From positions 1 to 35,150 of the forward strand of contig PUKU01000032.1 of the NCBI GenBank assembly GCA_003550625.1: a stretch of DNA of 35,150 nucleotides. Reading direction: 5' to 3'. Made by a program: the position numbers and the translations under genes. The notes under the pieces are model-generated. The model worked only from the letters and a program-made list of their open reading frames with translations, was not told where the DNA came from and ran no database searches. Origin of the DNA: Candidatus Aenigmatarchaeota archaeon. GTDB lineage: Archaea; Aenigmatarchaeota; Aenigmatarchaeia; PWEA01. Numbering within the stretch: the stretch's first letter is position 1; the number at the start of each line of letters is the position of its first letter. Of this stretch, positions 1 through 9,205 are shown one piece after another.

Positions 1-365
1 AAAGAAAGGATCCTGGCATGGACCACAAAACAGCAAGGATGGCATCTGAAAACAGTGTGGCCATAGGCTTTGTATTCCATGACCTGCACCAAACCTACGG
101 AAAGGTAAGGGCCCACGTTCTGAACCACATGAAGAAGTCTCTGGAGCTCTGTGAAAAGTACGGTGTCGACTTCATAGTTACATCAGGAGCCAGAAACAGG
201 TATGAGCTCAGGGGCGGAAGGGATCTTGCATCTCTTGTAAAGGTACTTGATGTCGATGCATCCGAAGCAATAAGTTCGGTAACAAAAACTCCCAGTAGTA
301 TAGTATCTGAAAATAGGAAGAAGCTGGGTGGAAGTATAAAGAAGGACGGCGTAGAGGAGATCTAG
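1..365 (+). CDS. rnp3: RNase P protein component 3 (Rpp30 family), 5'-truncated by the window edge
   Basis: The frame is open from nt 3, with no stop before the listed ATG at 18, so the gene probably starts upstream of the window. The C-terminal sequence VDFIVTSGARNRYELRGGRDLASLVKVLDV fits my recollection of the Rpp30 TIM-barrel C-terminus. The gene lies next to Pop5, its structural partner. Confidence 0.7.
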   Translation, partial: RKDPGMDHKTARMASENSVAIGFVFHDLHQTYGKVRAHVLNHMKKSLELCEKYGVDFIVTSGARNRYELRGGRDLASLVKVLDVDASEAISSVTKTPSSIVSENRKKLGGSIKKDGVEEI

Positions 366-586
366 ATATTTCTTCTGTCCTTCAGGTCGATCTCTATGGT
401 CATTCTTCTCTCGTCTTTTCCTTTTTTAAAGAGAACATCAACAGGTTGCTCCGGGGTTATCTTTTGGTTGCCCTTTGAATAGCCTGGAATTTCTATTCCC
501 ACCTTTCCGTTCTCGACCTGGTTGGCCAGTTCCCTCAGGAAGTTCTTCAGCTCAGTCCTTGAGAAACGTGCCCTTGCATCTGTCAT
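362..586 (-). CDS. small hypothetical protein, amphi-Trp-domain-like
   Basis: 74 aa ORF with an ATG start and a GGAGG motif (591..595 on the + strand) 4 nt upstream. The pattern SRTELKNFLRELANQVENG ... MTIEIDLK resembles the small archaeal amphi-Trp domain family as I recall it. It overlaps the rnp3 stop by 4 nt in convergent orientation. Confidence 0.45.
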   Translation of the reverse strand: MTDARARFSRTELKNFLRELANQVENGKVGIEIPGYSKGNQKITPEQPVDVLFKKGKDERRMTIEIDLKDRRNI

Positions 587-595
587 AATACCTCC

Positions 596-626
596 AATAA
601 TATATACACCGAATGGTAATTAAAAC
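596..626. promoter_or_regulatory. interleaved divergent promoters (TATA-like AATAATATATAC and GTTTTAATTAC)
   Basis: AATAATATATAC (596..607) is centred about 27 nt upstream of the rnp2 ATG, so that transcript is leaderless-type. On the minus strand, GTTTTAATTACC (616..626) lies about 35 nt upstream of the 586 ATG, leaving a short leader that contains GGAGG. Confidence 0.35.
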
Positions 627-628
627 TT

Positions 629-1006
629 ATGTCCAGACCTGAGACGCTTCCGTCGTCTATGAGAGAGAAGAAAAGGTATATAGCATTTCAAGTAGTCGCG
701 GAGAACGACCTGGGGTTTGGCGATATAATAAATGCTCTGTGGAGCTCAATACTTGATCTGTTCGGGGAGGTCCACACAGGCGAGATAAACTTCTGGCTGA
801 TAAAGGATGTGTGGGACAAAGACAAACAGCGTGGTTTGATAAAATGCAACCATAACCACGTTGGCGAGGTAAGGCTTGCCATGGGACTTATAGAAAGGAT
901 AGGTGATGTAAAAGTGTCGATGAGGTCCCTGGGCGTGTCGGGAACTATGAAGTCCGCGAGGAAGAAACACTTCGGTGAAAAGGATCTAACAGACTACGCC
1001 GACTAG
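629..1006 (+). CDS. rnp2: RNase P protein component 2 (Pop5 family)
   Basis: 125 aa. The N-terminal LPSSMREKKRYIAFQV is the typical Pop5 signature (LPpslReKkRYi.Fev). ATG start. Confidence 0.8.
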   Translation: MSRPETLPSSMREKKRYIAFQVVAENDLGFGDIINALWSSILDLFGEVHTGEINFWLIKDVWDKDKQRGLIKCNHNHVGEVRLAMGLIERIGDVKVSMRSLGVSGTMKSARKKHFGEKDLTDYAD

Positions 1007-1083
1007 TCGAAAAACTTAAAAATATAGGCCTACAACTAACCATAGGTTTCTGGGGTATTATTCCAACCGGGGATGGTAAAAGA

Positions 1084-1590
1084 ATGAATATTTTTCTAAC
1101 TGGGAAACCAGGGTCCGGAAAGACCAGACTACTGAAGGAAGTTCTTGAAGAACTCGACGGTGAGGTATGTGGTTTCTTCACGCCAGAGATAAGAGAAAAC
1201 GGGGATAGGACTGGATTTAGGATAAAGGATATAAAAACAGGGGACAAGGGCGTACTGGCTTCGGTCAAGATAGACGAAGGACCTTCTGTGAGCAAGTACA
1301 AGGTCAACGTAGAGGGTGTTGAAAGGTTCTCAAAGAAGGTTATGGAGGATATGGCAGATTCGGATATAGTAGCTATAGATGAGATAGGTGTAATGGAACT
1401 CTATTCCGATAGTTTCAGTGAAATGTTAAAGATGGCTATCGAATCCGACAAGCTCCTGATCGCAACACTACATGTAAATCTAATCGATAGGTACGAAGAC
1501 CAGGGCAAGGTAATATGGGTAACACGGGGAAGTGCAAAGGATGTGAAGAAGAAAGTAATCGAGTTAATAGAAAGGCACAAGGACAGGTAA
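1084..1590 (+). CDS. nucleoside-triphosphatase, THEP1/MJ1559 family
   Basis: 168 aa. Walker A motif GKPGSGKT, then GFFTPEIRENGDRTGFRI and Walker B VAIDEIGVMEL. Size and motif order match the THEP1-type NTPase family. Confidence 0.8.
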   Translation: MNIFLTGKPGSGKTRLLKEVLEELDGEVCGFFTPEIRENGDRTGFRIKDIKTGDKGVLASVKIDEGPSVSKYKVNVEGVERFSKKVMEDMADSDIVAIDEIGVMELYSDSFSEMLKMAIESDKLLIATLHVNLIDRYEDQGKVIWVTRGSAKDVKKKVIELIERHKDR

Positions 1591-1593
1591 AGA

Positions 1594-1600
1594 TTTAAAA
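1594..1600 (+). promoter_or_regulatory. TATA-like box upstream of fni
   Basis: TTTAAAA lies 28-34 nt upstream of the ATG at 1628. No Shine-Dalgarno motif is present, suggesting a leaderless mRNA. Confidence 0.4.
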
Positions 1601-1627
1601 CAGCATCATCAAACTTTCTTTGATAAA

Positions 1628-2680
1628 ATGTCTGAACAGATCTCAAAGAGGAAGGACGACCACATAAGAATAACCAAGGAGGAGGACGTCGACTGTGGAG
1701 ATGCCGGATTCGATGATGTAAAGCTTATTCACAAGGCCCTCCCGGAAATAAACAAGGACGAAATAGATACCTCCTGCAGAATGCTCGGAAAGACTCTGGA
1801 CGCACCTATCCTAATAGACTCCATAACCGGCGGCAGTGAAAGAGGTAAAAAGTTGAACAGAAGACTTGCCGCCGCGGCCGAGGAATGTAATATAGGAATC
1901 GGAGTAGGCAGCCAGAGGGCAGCACTGGAGGACGGATCTCTCGCAGAAACCTACTCGGTTGTAAGGGATGTTGCACCCACATCCTTGGTTTACGGAAACA
2001 TAGGAGCAGCGCAGCTAAGGGAGTACAACATAGAAAGACTCGAGGAGTTGGTGGATATGATAGATGCAGATGCACTCGCAGTTCATCTGAACTTTGCACA
2101 GGAGGCCGCGCAACCAGAGGGCGATGTCAATGCAAGAGGCTGTATATCCGCAATGAAGGATGTGGTAGAAATGCTAAGCGTTCCGGTTATGGTAAAGGAG
2201 ACGGGCTGTGGTATTTCAGGGAGTCTTGCCAAAAAACTCAGTGACATAGGAGTGGACATTATAAACACAGGTGGCATGGGAGGAACGTCGTGGCCGTATA
2301 TTGAGTCACGTAGAGCAGAGGCCGTCGGACATAAGAAAAAGGCAAGAGTAGGTAGAATATTTAAGAGCTGGGGAATCCCCACGGCAGCGTCAGTTGTAGA
2401 AACGTCAGAGCACCATCCATATATAGTAGCAAGCGGTGGAATACGTTCGGGGCTTGATATAGCCAAGTCACTGGCACTGGGCGCAAGGGCAGCCGCTGCA
2501 GCAGCACCATTCCTGGAACCTGCACTAAAAAACGAGGACCGTGTTGTCGGGACCGTGGAAGCCATGGTGGAGGAGCTCAGGACGGCGATGTTTGTAACAG
2601 GAAACAAGAACTTAGAGGACCTAAACGAAACGGAGACAGTGATAACGGGCAAACTCAGGGAATACATAACATCACATTAG
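1628..2680 (+). CDS. fni: isopentenyl-diphosphate delta-isomerase, type 2 (FMN-dependent)
   Basis: 350 aa. N-terminal KRKDDHIRI, a TIM-barrel with G-rich FMN-binding segments (GGMGGTSW, ASGGIRSG). Typical archaeal Idi2, adjacent to a prenyl synthase gene. Confidence 0.9.
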   Translation: MSEQISKRKDDHIRITKEEDVDCGDAGFDDVKLIHKALPEINKDEIDTSCRMLGKTLDAPILIDSITGGSERGKKLNRRLAAAAEECNIGIGVGSQRAALEDGSLAETYSVVRDVAPTSLVYGNIGAAQLREYNIERLEELVDMIDADALAVHLNFAQEAAQPEGDVNARGCISAMKDVVEMLSVPVMVKETGCGISGSLAKKLSDIGVDIINTGGMGGTSWPYIESRRAEAVGHKKKARVGRIFKSWGIPTAASVVETSEHHPYIVASGGIRSGLDIAKSLALGARAAAAAAPFLEPALKNEDRVVGTVEAMVEELRTAMFVTGNKNLEDLNETETVITGKLREYITSH

Positions 2681-2714
2681 ACATGAGACGTTAGTGGGGT
2701 TGTAAAAATGACGA

Positions 2715-2725
2715 ATATTTATAAG
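2715..2725 (+). promoter_or_regulatory. TATA-like box upstream of idsA
   Basis: ATATTTATAAG lies 29-39 nt upstream of the ATG at 2754. Confidence 0.4.
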
Positions 2726-2753
2726 CAAGAAAAACCCATGGTTTGGTGATACA

Positions 2754-3866
2754 ATGGAACTGGAAAATACCGAAATAGATCAGGACAGGATGGAGAACTC
2801 TGTTAAAAAACTCAAGGAATGGCGTGACCTCATAAACAAGGAGCTCAAGAGGGAGTTCAAAGAGCACAAAAAGAGAGCCAAAAAGATACATTCTGAGGGT
2901 GTTACGGTAATAGACTATCTGGAAGACTATACGATGAGAGGAGGGAAAAGGGTAAGACCTGCTCTGATAATAGCAGGATACCTCGGCACAGGCGGCGAGG
3001 ATCTCGATAAACTTATACCAGCATCACTGTCCATAGAGGCCCTTCAGTCCTACCTACTGATACACGACGATATCATGGACGAAGATGTCCTCCGGAGAGG
3101 TGACGATACCCTACATAAAATGTACGAGGAATACCATAAAAGAGAGTTCAATGGCGAAAGGCCAGAAAAGTTCGGTGAAAATATGGGAATAATAGTAGGA
3201 GACATATCAAACTCCTTTGCTGTGTCCCAGATAATCAGAAGTGACTTCGACGACAGAACAAAGATAGCGGTAATGGACAAGTTTGAAGAGATACACAGAC
3301 ACACCGGATACGGACAGGTTCTGGACGTGACATTCAACGAAAAGAAGCTGGAAGACGTCACGGAGAAAGATGTCCTCACGGTACATTATCTTAAGACCTC
3401 TCAGTACACCATGGCAGGGCCGCTTGAGCTTGGAGCGATCTTTGCAGGTGCAACCGAGAAACAGAAGGAAATATTCAGAACATACGGCGAAAAGGCGGGA
3501 AAGGCATTCCAGGTCTACGATGATCTCCTGGGACTATACGGCGACGAAGAGAAGCTAGGTAAGCCCATTGGATCCGATCTTGAGGAAGGTAAAAAGACTC
3601 TTCTGGTTGTAAAGGCCTTCGAAAGGGGCAACAAAGAACAAAAACGTATCATAAAGAGTTCACTCGGAAAGAAGGACATAACAGAGGAAGAAGTAATGAA
3701 GATACGGGAAATAGTCAGAGAAACCGGATCCTATCAATATTCAAGAAACCTCACTACAAAACTTGCCAATGAAGCAAAGGAGGATCTAGACGAAGATGTC
3801 ATAGATCCTGAAATAGTTCAATTTCTCAGGGGTCTAGCAGACTACATAATAACAAGAGAGGTTTAG
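2754..3866 (+). CDS. idsA: polyprenyl (geranylgeranyl) diphosphate synthase
   Basis: 370 aa. First Asp-rich motif LIHDDIMDED, second Asp-rich motif VYDDLLGLYGD, and KPIGSDLEEGKKT. Short-chain trans-prenyltransferase fold. Confidence 0.85.
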   Translation: MELENTEIDQDRMENSVKKLKEWRDLINKELKREFKEHKKRAKKIHSEGVTVIDYLEDYTMRGGKRVRPALIIAGYLGTGGEDLDKLIPASLSIEALQSYLLIHDDIMDEDVLRRGDDTLHKMYEEYHKREFNGERPEKFGENMGIIVGDISNSFAVSQIIRSDFDDRTKIAVMDKFEEIHRHTGYGQVLDVTFNEKKLEDVTEKDVLTVHYLKTSQYTMAGPLELGAIFAGATEKQKEIFRTYGEKAGKAFQVYDDLLGLYGDEEKLGKPIGSDLEEGKKTLLVVKAFERGNKEQKRIIKSSLGKKDITEEEVMKIREIVRETGSYQYSRNLTTKLANEAKEDLDEDVIDPEIVQFLRGLADYIITREV

Positions 3867-3881
3867 ATAGGGAACCAGGTG

Positions 3882-3912
3882 CCAGCTGTAGAGCTGGAAC
3901 AACTAATTCCAG
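3882..3912. terminator. two overlapping hairpins between convergent genes
   Basis: CCAGCT-GTAG-AGCTGG (3882..3897) and CTGGAA-CAACTAA-TTCCAG (3894..3912) share CTGG, so they are mutually exclusive. They sit between the idsA stop and the stop of the repeat-protein gene. Confidence 0.3.
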
Positions 3913-3930
3913 CCCATGCTTCAAAAGTTT

Positions 3931-4992
3931 CTAAGCTTCTTCAATCCCTTCCTTGGCACCCTTTGCATTCTTGACAAGACTGTCGCCTAGGTCGTATTTC
4001 TCTGCAATTTCTATAGCTCCATCGAAGTTTGAGTTGGACATTCGAATTTTATACAACTGTCGGGCAGCCTTGTTTGCTTTGTCTCTGTCTAAACCACACT
4101 TATCAGCTACATCCAAAGTCGTTGTGAGTTTAAACGATTCAAAGGCCTTATCAAAGGTCTCTTCTGCTAAGGACTCAGAAAGCTCTGATGGGTCGACATG
4201 TTTCCACGCACGACTTGGATTATCGGAAACCATTTCGCGATAAATCTCTTCGAACTTGGCGTCAAGTCCATACTTCCTGGCTATTTTCAGCGCTTCTGAT
4301 GGATACTTAGTCCGGGCTCTTACTCCTTCCTTGTCGGTCATCTTGTCACAGATATATCCAACTGCATCGGTTCCGAGACCATAATCACCCACTGCCATCT
4401 TGGCCAGCCTTTTGTATTCTTTTGCCCAGTCTGCATGTTCTACTTGATCTTTGAGCAAGTTCTCAGCAGCTTCCTTTTCTTTTTCTTCCGAAAACCACTT
4501 TTTAGCTATCTCATACTTTTCGCGGAGATCGGAGTCCCTGTATTTCAATGAAGCTTTTCCTATGAGTTTCCTTTTCTTTCTCTCTTTTTTCTCTTGAATC
4601 TCTTCGTCGTCTAGAATCTCATACAGGGAATGGTTGTCAACTATTTCATCGAACCTCTGTTCATACTCATCCCTTGATTCGGCATCCGTAGCATCCCCTT
4701 CGAGTAACAGCTCTGCGGCTTTCCTTTTCTTTTCGAAACCCAGATCGTGCTTCTTTGCGACATCTAGTGCATCCATGTGGCTTCCTCGTGACATAGCCTC
4801 TTCGTACAGCTCTTCGACCTTGTCACCAAGATCACATTTCTCTATAACTTCAAGTGCGGAACCAAAGTCACCGTCCTCTAGGTTTTGCTCGTACTTGTCC
4901 TCACCAAAGTACCTCTTCAGGCCATCGAGTTCTTCTTCAAGCTCCTGTATCCTTTTTTCGTACTCGTCACAGTGAGATTTGGAATCTTCCAT
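3931..4992 (-). CDS. acidic helical-repeat protein, function unknown
   Basis: The ORF track starts at a GTG (5001); the first ATG is at 4992 (MEDSKSH...). N-terminal coiled-coil-like segment, then 6-7 copies of a motif like A[LI]x[VI]AxK[YHC][DG]L[GD]: ALEVIEKCDLGD, ALDVAKKHDLGF, ALKIARKYGLDA, TLDVADKCGLDR, AIEIAEKYDLGD. I do not recognise the family. Confidence 0.6.
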   Translation of the reverse strand: MEDSKSHCDEYEKRIQELEEELDGLKRYFGEDKYEQNLEDGDFGSALEVIEKCDLGDKVEELYEEAMSRGSHMDALDVAKKHDLGFEKKRKAAELLLEGDATDAESRDEYEQRFDEIVDNHSLYEILDDEEIQEKKERKKRKLIGKASLKYRDSDLREKYEIAKKWFSEEKEKEAAENLLKDQVEHADWAKEYKRLAKMAVGDYGLGTDAVGYICDKMTDKEGVRARTKYPSEALKIARKYGLDAKFEEIYREMVSDNPSRAWKHVDPSELSESLAEETFDKAFESFKLTTTLDVADKCGLDRDKANKAARQLYKIRMSNSNFDGAIEIAEKYDLGDSLVKNAKGAKEGIEEA

Positions 4993-5178
4993 ATTTTTCA
5001 CCCCTTGAAAGTGATTAATCCTAAAGCTTAAATATGTGAAGGTAAGAAGCCCGAGAGCCGCTTTTATATTATCACAGCATACCGTTTAAGGGTAATCGCT
5101 CTGGGATTTTATTGGCATCCCACAACTGATTTCCAGTAAACTTATTAACAATCCAATGAATTAGTTTTATTGGTTAAT

Positions 5179-6330
5179 ATGCAAGACAACGGCTTTGAGG
5201 TAACACCATGGGACGTGGAGGGAAACGTAGACTACAGAAAACTTGTGGAGAAGTTCGGGACAGAAATAATAACCGACAAGCTCAAGAAGGACATAAAAAA
5301 ACAGGCCGGCGAGGATCATATGTATCTTCGCAGAGACTACTTCTTCTCCCACAGAGACCTTGGTAAGGTTCTAAAGGACCACGAAAGAGGGGATGGTTTC
5401 TTTCTATACACAGGAATCGGGCCCTCTGGTCCCATGCACATAGGCCATATAATACCCTTCTACTTTAGCAAATGGCTCCAGGAGAGGTTCGACGTAAACC
5501 TCTACATACAGGTAACAGACGACGAGAGATACTGGACCGGTGATGGGACCACAGAGGAGATAGAGTCATATGCAGAGAAAAATATAATGGATATAGCGGG
5601 CGTGGGCCTTGATCCCGACAGAACCTTTGTTTTCAAAAACAAGGAGTACATGGGGAACATGTACGAAGCCGCGGTTAAGATATCAGAGAAGATAAACTTC
5701 TCCGTGGCCAGCAGTGTTTTTGGATTCAATAGCTCAACCAACATCGGCATGATATTCTACCCTGCTGTGCAGATGATACCTACCTTCTTTGAGAAAAAGA
5801 GGTGCCTTATACCGGCGGCCATAGATCAGGATACATACTGGAGGGCCCAGAGAGACATAGCAGAGAAGCTAGGATACCACAAAGCAGCACAGATACACAG
5901 CAAATTTATACCAGCTCTGACAGGACCAGAAGGTAAAATGTCGTCATCCAAACCAAGAAGTGCAATAATGCTAGATGACTCTCCCGCAGAGGTAAGGGAG
6001 AAGGTTATGAAAAAGGCCTACTCGGGAGGCCAGGTAACTAAGGAGGAACACAGGAAGAAGGGCGCAGATCTCTCAGTAGATGTTGCTTACCAGTGGCTCA
6101 AAAACCTCTTTATGGAGAACGACGACCGGTTGGAGGAGATAGGGAGAAAGTACAGCAGCGGCGAGATGCTGACGGGTGAGATAAAGGAGATACTTGCAGA
6201 AAAACTGAACAGCTTCCTGGAAGAACACAGAAAAAGAAAGGAGGACCGTGGAGAGGAGCTCAAACGGAAAATGATGTACGAAGGAAAGTTGGCAAGGAGA
6301 ATGTGGGATAAGAAGGTAGATCTGCGATAA
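5179..6330 (+). CDS. trpS: tryptophan--tRNA ligase (archaeal/eukaryotic type)
   Basis: HIGH-type motif GPSGPMHIGH and KMSKS-type motif KMSSSKP. N-terminal VTPWDVEGNVDYRKLVEKFG is typical of archaeal TrpRS. The ORF track begins at a TTG (5170); the ATG at 5179 is the more likely start. Confidence 0.9.
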   Translation: MQDNGFEVTPWDVEGNVDYRKLVEKFGTEIITDKLKKDIKKQAGEDHMYLRRDYFFSHRDLGKVLKDHERGDGFFLYTGIGPSGPMHIGHIIPFYFSKWLQERFDVNLYIQVTDDERYWTGDGTTEEIESYAEKNIMDIAGVGLDPDRTFVFKNKEYMGNMYEAAVKISEKINFSVASSVFGFNSSTNIGMIFYPAVQMIPTFFEKKRCLIPAAIDQDTYWRAQRDIAEKLGYHKAAQIHSKFIPALTGPEGKMSSSKPRSAIMLDDSPAEVREKVMKKAYSGGQVTKEEHRKKGADLSVDVAYQWLKNLFMENDDRLEEIGRKYSSGEMLTGEIKEILAEKLNSFLEEHRKRKEDRGEELKRKMMYEGKLARRMWDKKVDLR

Positions 6331-6345
6331 GGAAGGTTTTAAACA

Positions 6346-6933
6346 ATGTTAAAGGGTATCGTATCCAGTATACTCGGCAGAGGTGCTGAAATCACCGAGT
6401 ACCTCATCCATACACACGGAATACAGGCTCTGATTTTTGTATCCGTTTTAAGGGGACTGATGCTTTTCTGGATAGCACCGGATGAAGTAGCTACAGTTGC
6501 ATACGTGCTATTTGCAACGGAAACCGTTGCAGAAGTAGCAGCAGTAGTGTTAATATCGTCTGTTTTTATACTGATAGGAAACAGCGTTGTATTTCTACTG
6601 TTCCGGTGGCTCGGGGAAAGAATCGTAAGTGAGGAGAGGAAGAACACAAGGATATGGAGGTTTCTGAACTGGGCCTTCGATAAGAACGGCAAGTTCTCCA
6701 TACTTATTTTCAGGATGACTCCACTGATAGGTGGGGACTGGGTTGCAATATTTTCGGGGTTGACTGATATGGACTTCCGGGAATATCTCATATACTCCTT
6801 TATAGCAATTCTACTCTACGAGGCCTTCATAGGCTTCGGTGCATACTACGGTATAAAGATGGGTATGCTCTATGAACTGGAGATTCCGCTGGTAAATACG
6901 GTTCTAGAATTTTTCGAGAGTTCGGTGCCGTAG
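6346..6933 (+). CDS. TVP38/TMEM64 (DedA superfamily, VTT domain) membrane protein
   Basis: 195 aa with several hydrophobic helices. The motif IFRMTPLIGGDWVAIFSGLTDMDFREY resembles the VTT-domain re-entrant loop consensus. Confidence 0.6.
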   Translation: MLKGIVSSILGRGAEITEYLIHTHGIQALIFVSVLRGLMLFWIAPDEVATVAYVLFATETVAEVAAVVLISSVFILIGNSVVFLLFRWLGERIVSEERKNTRIWRFLNWAFDKNGKFSILIFRMTPLIGGDWVAIFSGLTDMDFREYLIYSFIAILLYEAFIGFGAYYGIKMGMLYELEIPLVNTVLEFFESSVP

Positions 6934-6938
6934 GACGT

Positions 6939-8258
6939 CTAGTCTTGAACGTATCTTTCTACCCTTTCCATTACCATGTTCCTTATATCTGAAAGTCCTT
7001 TCTCTGTTTCAGATTCAAACCGTATAGATACCTTGTCCTCTGTTCCGGAGGGTCTGACAAGGGCCCATCCATCGTCGAAGTATATCTTGGCACCGTCCTT
7101 GTCTACTATCCTCTTGTCTGAGAAGTCCTTCTTCAGGAGCTCAGGAACCTCCTCCTTGTTTGTACACACCAGCCTAATTTCAGGGGACGAATGGTACTTT
7201 GGAAGGTCCCCAACCAACAACGAAAGCCTGTCTTCTTTGTCCATCAGTTCAAGCAGCCTGGCCGCAGCATAGTACGGATCATCGTAGTAGTCGTTCTCCC
7301 TGAAGAAAAAGTGGCCCGTGTACTCGCCTCCGATCCTTGCCTCTCTCCCTATCATCTCTCTCTTTATGTAGCTCATACCCACTCTAAAGGGAACGTCTTC
7401 GCCGCCGACCTTCTTCACCATGTCCTCAACCAACCTCGATGACTTGACGTCATGTATAACAACATCTCCTTCTTCGACCAGGTGCTTTACAAAAAGTGCT
7501 AAAAGCACATCGTTGTCGACCCTCTGGCCCCTTTCATCAACAAACACGCCCCTGTCACCGTCGCCATCGAAGGCAATCCCCAGATCTGCATCCTCTTCCA
7601 CAACAACATCTCCAACGGTGCCTATGTTTTCGACGGGATCGGGTCCCCTTGCAGGAAACTCACCGTCTATCTCCGAGTTTATCTCTACAACTTTACATCC
7701 CATTTTTTCAAATATTTCTGATGCAAACAGGGCAGAAGAACCGTTGCCGGGGTCCAAGACAACCTTGAAATCACCGCTTAGATCGACGGAAGAAGAAACC
7801 TTATCCACAAAGCCGGGCACAACATCTTTCTTTGTGAGTTCTCCCGCCTTCCTGGGTTTGAAACTTCTTTGGTATATTTTTTCCATCTCCTCTATACCCG
7901 CCTCATATGTGAGATCCAGTCCCATGCCCTCACAGAACCTCACACCGTTATCCCCTGCAGGATTATGAGAGGCTGTTACCATTGCTCCACCCGCTAGACT
8001 GTGCTCAACCACCGTATAGTATACCATGGGCGTCGCCGCAGTTCCTATGTCCACAACGTCACATCCCTGCTCAAGGAGGCCCTCCTTTACTGCCTCGGCT
8101 ATCCCCGGAGAGCTCTTCCGAACATCCCTACCGACTGCTACTGTTTTTCCGTGGAGATTCTTTACTTCTACAAAGGCCTTGGCTATCTTCTTCGCCTTTT
8201 CGCCGTTGATTTCATCAGGATAAGAACCGCGGATGTCGTACTTTCTGAATACAGACAT
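6939..8258 (-). CDS. phosphomannomutase/phosphoglucomutase family protein
   Basis: 439 aa. N-terminal FRKYDIRG, active-site serine loop TASHNPAGDNG, metal loop FDGDGDR, C-terminal RPSGTE phosphate-binding loop. Confidence 0.85.
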   Translation of the reverse strand: MSVFRKYDIRGSYPDEINGEKAKKIAKAFVEVKNLHGKTVAVGRDVRKSSPGIAEAVKEGLLEQGCDVVDIGTAATPMVYYTVVEHSLAGGAMVTASHNPAGDNGVRFCEGMGLDLTYEAGIEEMEKIYQRSFKPRKAGELTKKDVVPGFVDKVSSSVDLSGDFKVVLDPGNGSSALFASEIFEKMGCKVVEINSEIDGEFPARGPDPVENIGTVGDVVVEEDADLGIAFDGDGDRGVFVDERGQRVDNDVLLALFVKHLVEEGDVVIHDVKSSRLVEDMVKKVGGEDVPFRVGMSYIKREMIGREARIGGEYTGHFFFRENDYYDDPYYAAARLLELMDKEDRLSLLVGDLPKYHSSPEIRLVCTNKEEVPELLKKDFSDKRIVDKDGAKIYFDDGWALVRPSGTEDKVSIRFESETEKGLSDIRNMVMERVERYVQD

Positions 8259-8296
8259 ATCTACTTCTAATTCTGCATTAAATAAAAAGATTAGAA

Positions 8297-9199
8297 CTAG
8301 TCCAAAATGCTTCGGGAGATTGCTTCGGGATTGAAGGTCTCAAGGTCCTCGTACTCCTGCCCGGTGCCTATGTATAATATCGGTTTACCGAGGGTATGTG
8401 CAACCGAAAGGGCTGCACCGCCCTTTTCATTTACATCCATCTTGGTCAGGACGACGCCGTCCACACCTACTGCATCCTCGAACCTCCTGGCCTGTTCCAC
8501 GGAATCGTTTCCTGTAAGGGAGTCTATAACAAGTATCTTCCAGTTCGGGCTGTTTACCCGACATATTTTTTTCAGCTCATCCATGAGGTTTGTGTTTGAA
8601 TGGGACCTGCCTGCAGTATCGGCCAGTACTACCTTCCTGTCGTTTGCCTTTGCATGCTCCATGGCATCGTATATAACGGCTGCGGCATCGGAACCGTAGT
8701 CGTGCTTTACAACCTTAAGGTCCAGCTTGTCCCCATGCTTCTCCAGCTGCTCTATGGATGCGGCTCTATATGTATCACCTGCAGCAAGAACCGGCTCAAA
8801 TCCCTCGTTCTTCAGTATAGAAGCAAACTTGACAAGTGTAGATGTCTTACCGGATCCGTTAAAACCAAGGAAGAGAACAAGTGAAACGTCGTCCGATGAC
8901 TTTATACTGTCTACAACATCCGGAACGTTAACTGAAAGTATATTCTTGACCGTATATCTGAAGCTCTCCTTTATTGTATTCTCTGCTTCGGTTCTCTTGA
9001 CCTCCTTGCCTTCTAGCTTATCCGTGAGGTCTGAGCATATTTCCTCGGCGGTTTCCATGGCAACATCTGACTGAAGAAGTGATATCTTAAGATCCCCGAA
9101 GACCCTTTCCAGGTCCTCCCTGGTTAGCTTCTTTTCTGTGATTTCCTTGCTTGCCTTGGCGAGTGCATCGTTTACCCTGTCCTTGAACTTGGAAAACAT
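8297..9199 (-). CDS. ftsY: signal recognition particle receptor FtsY
   Basis: 300 aa. SRP-GTPase motifs GFNGSGKTST, DTAGR, TKMD, and LTGND. Confidence 0.9.
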   Translation of the reverse strand: MFSKFKDRVNDALAKASKEITEKKLTREDLERVFGDLKISLLQSDVAMETAEEICSDLTDKLEGKEVKRTEAENTIKESFRYTVKNILSVNVPDVVDSIKSSDDVSLVLFLGFNGSGKTSTLVKFASILKNEGFEPVLAAGDTYRAASIEQLEKHGDKLDLKVVKHDYGSDAAAVIYDAMEHAKANDRKVVLADTAGRSHSNTNLMDELKKICRVNSPNWKILVIDSLTGNDSVEQARRFEDAVGVDGVVLTKMDVNEKGGAALSVAHTLGKPILYIGTGQEYEDLETFNPEAISRSILD

Positions 9200-9205
9200 A
9201 TCGAA

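Noticed and set aside
5002-5169. A 168-nt divergent intergenic region scanned for a further sRNA. It contains GUGAUUA and CUGA-like strings and a GGGAU(n9)AUCCC hairpin.
   Set aside because: The box-like strings are not at C/D spacing on either strand, and there is no terminal stem or guide with obvious targets. The region is most simply two divergent promoters.
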